Origin: an uncultured Bacilli bacterium
GTDB taxonomy: Bacteria > Bacillota_I > Bacilli_A > RF39 > UBA660
DNA: 58,596 bases
Assembly: GCA_910587775.1 (NCBI GenBank)
Contig: CAJUNF010000005.1
Span: forward strand, 1-58,596
Direction of reading: 5' to 3'
How positions within the stretch are numbered: the first letter of the stretch is position 1; the number at the start of each line of letters is the position of its first letter. Made by a program: the position numbers and the translations under genes. Below the pieces are notes generated by a model. It searched no databases. It worked only from the letters and a program-made list of their open reading frames with translations, and was not told the origin of the DNA. Shown piece after piece: positions 1-7,050 of the stretch.

Positions 1-49
1 TTAATTAATAGAAAACCCATAGAAAAAATCTATGGGTTTGTCTACACTC

Positions 50-76
50 TGAAAAACTTGATTTTTACATCAAGTT
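50..76 (-). terminator. Rho-independent terminator candidate after the wall-anchored Big_2 protein gene
   Basis: The minus strand reads AACTTGAT-gtaaaa-ATCAAGTT (arms 69-76 / 55-62) immediately after the stop at 77-79, followed by TTTTTC. A second 9-bp hairpin AACCCATAG/CTATGGGTT lies at 13-38. Confidence 0.55.
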
Positions 77-3000
77 TTATTTTAATTTTGCTTTTTTATG
101 AAATAAATATCCTACACCAATTAATGATATTACAGAAAGAATTCCATATCCAGTAACAGAAGAAATTCCTGTTTGTGGATTTTTTATTTTTCTGATTGTC
201 ATTTCATGTGTTATTTTTTGTCCATTTACATCTACTGTAAAAGTCACTTTTCCTGGGTTTAAACCAGTAATAAGACCAGATTCATCAATCGTAGCAATTG
301 TTTCATCACTTGATGAATAAGTATAAATTAAATCATCTGTAACATCGGCTGGATTTAAAGTAACATTTAATTTTGTTGTATCTCCAACATTTAATTCATT
401 TACTGGATTTTCTAAAGAAATACTTTCTAAATGAACTTCTGTTACATTTACTTCTACACTTTTTTCAATGTCTTTATAAGTTGCAGTAATTGTTACAGTT
501 CCTTCTTTTTTACCTGTTACGATACCAAATTCATTTACTATAGCTATTTCTTCATCGCTACTTGTCCATTTAATTTGGTCTTTTTCAGTTGTATTTTCAG
601 GTGTTACTAATACTTCTAATTGTTTTTCTTCTTTTCTTTTTATTTCTAATTTATCAGTAGCAAATTCCATATCTGTAATAGGAATGATTTCTACTTCTAC
701 TGTTACAGTTACTTTCATACCGTTTGATAATGATCCTGTAATCACTGAGAATCCAGCATTTTTAGCTGTTACAATACCAGAATCATTTACAGTTGCAACT
801 GATTCATTATTACTTGTCCAAGTAATTGTTTGATCTGTTGCGTTTTCTGGATTAATTTTTGTTACTATAGTAGATGTTGTACCTTTTAATACTTTGATGT
901 TATCTTTAGAAACTAAATGAAAGCTTGTTACTGGAATAACAACATTTACAGTTATTTTGTCTTCTTTGGAACCAGATTTTGCTGTAATGATTGCTGTACC
1001 AGCATTTTTCGCAGTAATCATACCTAGATTATTTACACTGACAATATTATTATCACTACTTGACCAGTTTAATGTATCTGAGTTATCACTTGGTTCTACT
1101 TTAGCTGTTAAATTATTTGTTGTATTGATATTCATTGTAATTTCTTTTTGGCTATTAATTGTAACGCTAGTGGTAGGAATGGTTACCGTAACATTTAATG
1201 AAGCAGTTAACCCATTTGAAGTTGTTGCTGTAATGGTCGCAGAACCTTTTCCAACTGATTTTACAACGCCATTATTAGTTATAGTTGCAACGCTGTTATC
1301 ACTACTTGTCCAAGTAATGGTTTTGTCACTAGAAGTTATATTAGGAGTTAATTTTACTTCTAATTTTTCTTCTTTTCCTTTTCCTTCTAATGTTAGTGAA
1401 TCTTTATTTAATTCTATTTTAGTAATTGGATCAATGACAGTAATTGTAGAAGTTACAGTTTCTTTATGTTGAGGGTTCATGTTACTAGTCCAAGTTGCCG
1501 TAATAATTGCAGTACTTGCTGAACCATCATTTGGTGAAATTGCTGTTACTTTTCCATTTTCAACACTTGCTGCAGCAGGATTACTACTTGTCCAAGTAAT
1601 CACTCCAGTTTCTTCTGCACCAGTAGTTGGTGTAGCAATTAAATCAATTGTTTCTCCCTTTTTTAAAGTTTGATTTGGAATATTGATATTTAAGCCTTCT
1701 ACTTCTTTTAGTACTTTAATTTTTCTTGTTTTTGTAATACTTCCACTTTGAATTGTTAGCGTAGTTTCTCCAGCATTTTTAGCAGTAATCAGTCCAGTAT
1801 TATCAACAGTTGCAATTGTGTTATCTAAAACTCTCCAAGTGATGGTCTTATCATTTGCATTTGCTGGTATGACACTAGCTATTACTTTTTGTGTTTGATT
1901 TGGAAGTAATGTAACCGTATCTGCAATATCAATAGAAATATCTGTAACAGGAACATTTACGTTTACTTTAACAGAATCAGAATGATTACCTACCGTTAAC
2001 GTAATAGTTGCTTCTCCACCATCTATCGCTGTTACTTTTCCAAATTGATCAACAGTAGCTACAGAAGTATTACTACTTGTCCATTTTAATGTATCTGTAG
2101 TATCTGATGGTGTTACAACTCCAGTTAGTGTTTTTGTAGTATTTTTATCTATTGTAAAATCGGTTTCATTAATGCCAACACTTGTTGCAGGTGAAGTAAC
2201 ATTAAGTACTACACTATCTGTAAATTTTTCTGATGTTTCATTTGAAGTTGCAGTTACACTAATAGTTGTAGTCCCATTTTTTAAGATGCTTACTACCCCA
2301 TTATTATTTACAGTAGCTATAGATGTATTACTACTTGTCCAAGTATAATTAATCGTATCACTTGTTGTACTTGGAGTTGTCTTAGTTGTAAGAGTAATTG
2401 GACCACTTAATGTATTTTTATTTATTTCTAGTGTATTATTTGTAATTTCATTATTACTAATATTTACACCACGCAAGTGTTCTTTTACGTTTACTACTAC
2501 TTCAAATTCTTTTTGGAAAGCAGTTACTTTGATTTTAGCAGTACCAATTTTTAAACCAGTTACTACACCATTTTCTACTTTTACTACATCTAATCCTTCG
2601 GTTATTTGATAAGTGAAATTTTTATCATCGGTTGTATCTTTTGGTGAATAATCAACCACAATATTATCATTTTTATTAGAGCTTCCTAAATCAATTTCTA
2701 GTGTTGGTGTTGTTAAATTAATACTACTTTCAATAACAGGAACTCTTATAAATACACTTTCATTCACACCATTTACGGTTACTGGTGTAAGCGTTTGTCC
2801 ACCATCTGTTATTTTATTTGCTTCAATGTTTGTTAAAGTAATATCTGTTTTACCAGAAGCAGTTTCTAGTACTTCAAAAGTAATATCTCCAATATCTAAA
2901 CTAGTATTGGTTGGAGCACCCATATACATGATTGACCAAACTAAAAGTCCGTTTCCTTCATCCATCACATTTTCACTTGGGCTTGGATTTTTTGCTGTTG

Positions 3001-3301
3001 GATTATAACTTATTAATTTTAATTTTGTAGGGTCATAATTGATGAAGAATGATAATGAACTAAATTCTTTATCGTTTTCAAAATCAAGATGGTAAGTTAC
3101 TGTTTTTTTGGAAGCAGCTTCACTACGATCAATGATTGCATCTTTATCTCCCTGCGCTTCAATTACTGGATTTGTTACACTTATTTTTAGTGTTGGAGTT
3201 GCATCTGCTACTGCATAAGCAATAACTGAAACAAAACAGATTACACTAATGATTAAACCAGTCCACTTTTGTTTTAATTTCCATTTTCTTTTTTTTGTCA
3301 T
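77..3301 (-). CDS. Cell-wall-anchored surface protein: signal peptide, N-terminal cohesin-like module, 10 Big_2 (bacterial Ig-like group 2) domains, C-terminal NPQTG sorting signal
   Basis: ORF track 77-3310. The 3310 start is a GTG inside the SD (GAGGTG, 3308-3313). The ATG at 3301 lies 6 nt downstream and gives MTKKRKWKLKQKWTGLIISVICFVSVIAYAVADA (AxA cleavage site). There are ten repeats of the Big_2 signature xWTSSxxS(I/V)ATVxxxGxVTAxxxGxAxIT. The C-terminus is KNPQTG + hydrophobic GISSVTGYGILSVISLIGVGYLF + HKKAKLK, a sortase sorting signal. Confidence 0.9.
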   Translation of the reverse strand: MTKKRKWKLKQKWTGLIISVICFVSVIAYAVADATPTLKISVTNPVIEAQGDKDAIIDRSEAASKKTVTYHLDFENDKEFSSLSFFINYDPTKLKLISYNPTAKNPSPSENVMDEGNGLLVWSIMYMGAPTNTSLDIGDITFEVLETASGKTDITLTNIEANKITDGGQTLTPVTVNGVNESVFIRVPVIESSINLTTPTLEIDLGSSNKNDNIVVDYSPKDTTDDKNFTYQITEGLDVVKVENGVVTGLKIGTAKIKVTAFQKEFEVVVNVKEHLRGVNISNNEITNNTLEINKNTLSGPITLTTKTTPSTTSDTINYTWTSSNTSIATVNNNGVVSILKNGTTTISVTATSNETSEKFTDSVVLNVTSPATSVGINETDFTIDKNTTKTLTGVVTPSDTTDTLKWTSSNTSVATVDQFGKVTAIDGGEATITLTVGNHSDSVKVNVNVPVTDISIDIADTVTLLPNQTQKVIASVIPANANDKTITWRVLDNTIATVDNTGLITAKNAGETTLTIQSGSITKTRKIKVLKEVEGLNINIPNQTLKKGETIDLIATPTTGAEETGVITWTSSNPAAASVENGKVTAISPNDGSASTAIITATWTSNMNPQHKETVTSTITVIDPITKIELNKDSLTLEGKGKEEKLEVKLTPNITSSDKTITWTSSDNSVATITNNGVVKSVGKGSATITATTSNGLTASLNVTVTIPTTSVTINSQKEITMNINTTNNLTAKVEPSDNSDTLNWSSSDNNIVSVNNLGMITAKNAGTAIITAKSGSKEDKITVNVVIPVTSFHLVSKDNIKVLKGTTSTIVTKINPENATDQTITWTSNNESVATVNDSGIVTAKNAGFSVITGSLSNGMKVTVTVEVEIIPITDMEFATDKLEIKRKEEKQLEVLVTPENTTEKDQIKWTSSDEEIAIVNEFGIVTGKKEGTVTITATYKDIEKSVEVNVTEVHLESISLENPVNELNVGDTTKLNVTLNPADVTDDLIYTYSSSDETIATIDESGLITGLNPGKVTFTVDVNGQKITHEMTIRKIKNPQTGISSVTGYGILSVISLIGVGYLFHKKAKLK
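191..2713 (-). repeat. Intragenic tandem array of 10 Big_2 domains (about 84 aa each)
   Basis: Recurrent TWTSSN/D..ATV..G.VTA.N.G.A.IT motifs in the translation; boundaries are approximate. Confidence 0.8.
2738..3199 (-). other. Cohesin-like N-terminal module of the wall-anchored protein
   Basis: About 154 aa directly after the signal peptide: ...TYHLDFENDKEFSSLSFFINYDPTKLKLISYNP...GLLVWSIMYMG...IGDITFEVLETASGKTDITLTNIEA... This follows the cohesin pattern (F.I.YD...L.....; later I..I.F.V......). Called by eye only. Confidence 0.45.
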
Positions 3302-3376
3302 AGTAAACACCTCTATTATTAAGTTTATTTTATCATTTTCTTTGATTAATTACTATCTATTTTCTTCTATTTTACA

Positions 3377-3562
3377 CTATTCACTTTTTAAGCCAAGACT
3401 TCTTCTTAAAATATAATAAACATCTCCTGCATCAATGCGATTGTTGTTATTGATATCTCCACGAATTAATTCTCCAGAATTTGGCTTATTTAATCCAAGA
3501 CTCATTCTAAGAGCTAGATAATGATCCAATGGATTTATTTTTCCATCACCATTAATATCTCC
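3377..3562 (-). other. Dockerin module (sequence class B)
   Basis: Two duplicated Ca-loop + helix segments: GDINGDGKINPLDHYLALRMSLG and GDINNNNRIDAGDVYYILRRSLG. Confidence 0.75.
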
Positions 3563-4264
3563 TTTTAAATAATCAAGAACTGTTACTTTAGTTTGTAACG
3601 TTTTCATACCATAACTTGCCGTAACGTTTGTTTCACCAGTTTGATTAGCTTTTATTTTTCCACCTTTATCTATACTTACTATTGTATTATTTTTAGAAGT
3701 AAAGGTAACTTTATTTGGAGAAATGATTAGCCCATTTGGAACATACATTTCTAATTGATAGGTTTCTCCGACACTTAGTTTTAAATCATTTACATTTAAT
3801 TTTAATTCATCATAATTTACAATATTTATTTCCTTTTCTATGTTATCAGGAGATAAAGGTGTTGAATCTGCAAATGATAATTTGGGACTCTCTAATTTTA
3901 AGTTAGCACTACAAGTGGTTTCTTTTGCTTTTAAAGTAACTTTTAACATAGTGAAATCTTTTTTCGTTCCCATTAAATTACTGTAAGCAAATTTTTTGCT
4001 TTTTTCATAATATGTAGCAAATGGATTCTGTATTTCCACTTTAACTATATCAAAACAAGTTTCATCACTTACTGAAATGATTCCACCTGCGGATATTAAT
4101 TCAGATCCTTGAATATTTCTAAATATAAGATTTTGAGTGAATTCTTCTGTTATTTCAAATAATTCATTTCCTTCCCATGCTATATTGGCTGATGAGCTTG
4201 CGTATACACACATGGGTATTGCTAAGAGCAATAAAAAGGAGATGAAAATATGATTTTTCTTCAT
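3377..4264 (-). CDS. Secreted adaptor-like protein: signal peptide, cohesin-like module, one Big_2 domain, C-terminal dockerin
   Basis: ATG at 4264 with AGGAGA SD (4271-4276). Signal peptide MKKNHIFISFLLLLAIPMCVYASSS. N-module aa 24-148 is paralogous to that of the next gene. Big_2 motif VTFTSKNNTIVSIDKGGKIKANQTGETNVTA. Dockerin tail GDINGDGKINPLDHYLALRMSL...GDINNNNRIDAGDVYYILRRSL. Confidence 0.88.
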   Translation of the reverse strand: MKKNHIFISFLLLLAIPMCVYASSSANIAWEGNELFEITEEFTQNLIFRNIQGSELISAGGIISVSDETCFDIVKVEIQNPFATYYEKSKKFAYSNLMGTKKDFTMLKVTLKAKETTCSANLKLESPKLSFADSTPLSPDNIEKEINIVNYDELKLNVNDLKLSVGETYQLEMYVPNGLIISPNKVTFTSKNNTIVSIDKGGKIKANQTGETNVTASYGMKTLQTKVTVLDYLKGDINGDGKINPLDHYLALRMSLGLNKPNSGELIRGDINNNNRIDAGDVYYILRRSLGLKSE

Positions 4265-4282
4265 ACAAACTCTCCTTTCTAA

Positions 4283-6649
4283 TTATTCATGATAGCGACT
4301 TGATCTTGATTTTCTTGCTTCTTCTTCTTTTCTTAAAGCTTCTTTTTCACGATTCAATCGTTCTTGTTCATATAATAGTTTTAATTTTTTAGAATCTTTG
4401 GTTTCAATTGCTTCATTAATAGCATCAAAGATTTCATCTTTTGTGACAATTTCATCATATGGATCATATGGAATTTCTTCATATTTTGCTTCTTTTGTAT
4501 TTTCTTTGTCTTCTTTAAATTTCGTTTCTAATTCTTTTTCTGGATAACCAGTGTATTGATTTAATACTCCTCCAGCTTCTACAACATCATCATCTGTTCC
4601 ATTTTTAGATCCAAAATTAAATTCAGGTTTAAATTCAATTACTGGTGATGATGGTGACGCTCCATGAGCATCTACTACTGGAATTTTTGGAGTTTCTTCT
4701 TCTTTTCTTTTCTTTAGTAATAAAATTAGAATAAAGGTTAATAATCCAATTAATAATAATGATCCAAAAAGCAATAGCCATTGTCCAAGAGTAAGTCCTA
4801 AAAAGGTACTTTTTCCTTCTTTTGTAACATTTAAACGGTAGTATTGAACGAATCCATTTTCATCTGTTACTTTAATTAAAATAGCATTGTTTCCTTCTCT
4901 TAAATTTTCATTTCCTATAATTTCTACTTGGGAATTTTCAAATTCAGGAATAGCAGTAATATCAAGTTTATTTACTTTTCCTGTTACAGAAACTTCATAT
5001 TCATATTTATTTGATTCAAATCTTGGAGATATTTCTCCGTTTGTAATAATTAAATCTTTTAATTTATTTTGATTTACTTTTTCACTACGATTTACATTAA
5101 TTGTATAAACTCTTAAAGAGCCATCTTCTGCTCTTACCTCAATAGTAACTACATTCATTCCAATTTTAAAATTGTCATTTCCTATAATACTAATAGAGGC
5201 ATTTTTATCTTCAGCAAATAATTTTAAATCTAGTGATTCAACATCATTTGGTACTGTGATATTATAACTATTATTATTTTTATCAAATCCTGGTTTTAAT
5301 TCTCCATCATTTACCATAATACTTTCTAAGTAATTATTAGCAGATTTTGAAGGAGCGTTTGTATTAGATGCTGATTTACGATTTACATTAACAATATAAA
5401 CTTTTTCAGAACCATCTTCTGCTGTAACTGTAATACGTACAGTATTTACTCCTTCTTTCCAACCATTGTTACCACTTATTTTTACAGTAGCTTTTTCATC
5501 GTTTGGAAGAGCTGTTACATTTAAACCAGTAATGTTATTATTTACACTAATATTATAAGATGTTACATCTTTGTTAAAAGTTGGAATTAAAGTAAATCCT
5601 GAAACATCTAAGCTTTTTAGAGTTGCATCGTTATTTTTAGCTGGAACATCTGGTTGTTCATCTCTTTTTGTTACTGCTACTTCATATGTTTTTGTTGTTC
5701 CGTCTTCTGCTTTTACGACAATACTACAAGTTGTTGTTTTATCAGTAAGATTACATGTTTCACCACTTATGAGTGTTGCTTTATCATGATTTGGAATGGC
5801 ATCAAATTTTACACTAGTCGCATTAGAAGCTGTTTCCATTGTGTAACTTGTTGTATTTGGAGTAAAGGATGGTGATAAAGTATTACCAGTAGATGTTAAA
5901 GATTTTAGGGTTGCATCATTGCTTTTTCCTGGAACAACTGGATCTGGATCTTTTTTTGTAACTACTACTTTGTAAGTTTTTGTTGTTCCGTCTTCTGCTT
6001 TTACGGTAATGTTACAAGTTGTTACTTTAGAAGATAAACTACATGTTCTACCACTTGTTACACTTGCTTTTGGATCTGTTACTGAAGTATTAAAAGTAAT
6101 ACTTCCTGTATTAGCTGGAATACTATCAATAGTATAATTAGTAGTACCAGAGTTAAAGGACGGTGAAAGTGTACCAACACTTGGTGATAATGATTTTAAA
6201 GTTGCATCACTACCAGCTGCTCTTACTGTGATTGTTTTTGAGAATGTTGCTGGAGATAATCCTGTATCATCTGCGAATGCTAATTTTGGTTTTGTAATAT
6301 TGATTGTAGCTGTACAAGGAGAGGATCCAGCTGTAAATTTAACAGTTGTAAGTTGCGTGTCATTTCTTGTACCATTTAAATCAGTCCATGCAAATTTTCT
6401 AGAACCAGTATAACTTAGACAAGTATTATCTGAAGATGATATTTCCCCACCTACAGAAATGATTTCTGATCCTTGAATACCAGTTGCCCAAATAGTCATT
6501 GTTAATTCTTGTCCAACGAGAACTGTATCATTACCACGCCATTCAAATCTTGCAGTAGTACCATCTGCAGCAAAAGATTGTGGTAATCCTGCTGCTATTA
6601 ATAAGCTTATAGCAATGGATAAGATTCCTATTCTTAATTTTCGTTTCAT
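4283..6649 (-). CDS. Type I membrane surface protein: signal peptide, cohesin-like module, 5 cadherin-like beta-sandwich repeats, TM helix, about 145-aa charged cytoplasmic tail
   Basis: ORF track 4283-6667. The first ATG overlaps the SD (ATGTTTGGAGGATTTAAAATG), so the ATG at 6649 preceded by GGAGGA is preferred, giving MKRKLRIGILSIAISLLIAAGLPQSFAADG. Five repeats of DATLKSL..G.LSP.F...T.Y.......V.....A.....A.......(C/G)...V.V.AEDG..K.Y.V.V.(K/R). TM helix GQWLLLFGSLLLIGLLTFILILLL followed by KKRKEEE and a Glu/Lys-rich tail. Confidence 0.88.
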   Translation of the reverse strand: MKRKLRIGILSIAISLLIAAGLPQSFAADGTTARFEWRGNDTVLVGQELTMTIWATGIQGSEIISVGGEISSSDNTCLSYTGSRKFAWTDLNGTRNDTQLTTVKFTAGSSPCTATINITKPKLAFADDTGLSPATFSKTITVRAAGSDATLKSLSPSVGTLSPSFNSGTTNYTIDSIPANTGSITFNTSVTDPKASVTSGRTCSLSSKVTTCNITVKAEDGTTKTYKVVVTKKDPDPVVPGKSNDATLKSLTSTGNTLSPSFTPNTTSYTMETASNATSVKFDAIPNHDKATLISGETCNLTDKTTTCSIVVKAEDGTTKTYEVAVTKRDEQPDVPAKNNDATLKSLDVSGFTLIPTFNKDVTSYNISVNNNITGLNVTALPNDEKATVKISGNNGWKEGVNTVRITVTAEDGSEKVYIVNVNRKSASNTNAPSKSANNYLESIMVNDGELKPGFDKNNNSYNITVPNDVESLDLKLFAEDKNASISIIGNDNFKIGMNVVTIEVRAEDGSLRVYTINVNRSEKVNQNKLKDLIITNGEISPRFESNKYEYEVSVTGKVNKLDITAIPEFENSQVEIIGNENLREGNNAILIKVTDENGFVQYYRLNVTKEGKSTFLGLTLGQWLLLFGSLLLIGLLTFILILLLKKRKEEETPKIPVVDAHGASPSSPVIEFKPEFNFGSKNGTDDDVVEAGGVLNQYTGYPEKELETKFKEDKENTKEAKYEEIPYDPYDEIVTKDEIFDAINEAIETKDSKKLKLLYEQERLNREKEALRKEEEARKSRSSRYHE
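4808..6211 (-). repeat. Intragenic array of 5 cadherin-like beta-sandwich repeats (about 94 aa each)
   Basis: Repeated LKSL..xG.L.P.F......Y....  ...V.VTAEDG..K.Y.V.V motif; resembles the Pfam cadherin-like beta-sandwich family (PF12733 as I recall). Confidence 0.75.
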
Positions 6650-6702
6650 TTTAAATCCTCCAAACAATATTTATAGAGCATATGCTCCTTATTATTAAAT
6701 TT

Positions 6703-6732
6703 ATTATACAACTTTTATAACATTACTGTCTA
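6703..6732 (-). promoter_or_regulatory. Sigma-A type promoter candidate for the three-gene operon 6649->77
   Basis: The minus strand reads TAGACA (6727-6732), an 18-nt spacer, then TATAAT (6703-6708), about 50 nt upstream of the ATG at 6649. It lies downstream of the terminator at 6812-6840. Confidence 0.5.
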
Positions 6733-6811
6733 CAAAATTCGACATTATTCTGCAAAATAAAAATGGGATGTTATTTCTTTTTAGTCCTTCAAATTTGGGA
6801 ATAAACTAATA

Positions 6812-6840
6812 GAAAAAATGCAGACTTATTTTAGTCTACA
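6812..6840 (-). terminator. Rho-independent terminator after the 2,410-aa protein gene
   Basis: Minus strand TGTAGAC-taaaataa-GTCTGCA (7-bp stem, one G-U pair) followed by TTTTTTC, 7 nt after the stop at 6847-6849. Confidence 0.6.
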
Positions 6841-6846
6841 TTTAAT

Positions 6847-7050
6847 TTATTCAATTGGTCTTGGATGAATAAAACTTCTCTCTAGATAATGGTTAATTAC
6901 TTTTCCTGAATCTAGTGGGTCAATCTCTCCATCAATATTTATATCACCAGCGATTGCATATGCATTTAAAAGTTCTGTTCTTTCTAGATAATGGTTAATA
7001 ATTTTTCCAGAATCTAATGGGTCAATTATTCCATCACCATTAACATCTCC
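6847..7050 (-). other. Dockerin module (sequence class A, near-perfect internal duplication)
   Basis: GDVNGDGIIDPLDSGKIINHYLER / GDINIDGEIDPLDSGKVINHYLER. These are canonical DxNxDGxIDxxD Ca loops, each followed by a helix. Confidence 0.8.

Noticed and set aside
957-1673. Plus-strand ORFs (957-1472, 1479-1673; likewise 2826-3008, 4887-6413, 9203-9406, 12125-13837, 14581-16180, 19436-20187 and others) lying antisense to the giant surface-protein genes
   Set aside because: They are antisense to long, motif-rich minus-strand ORFs. Their translations are hydrophobic low-complexity strings (the mirror of Thr/Asn/Glu-rich repeats). They have no SD or promoter context. I regard them as statistical open frames in AT-rich repeat DNA.
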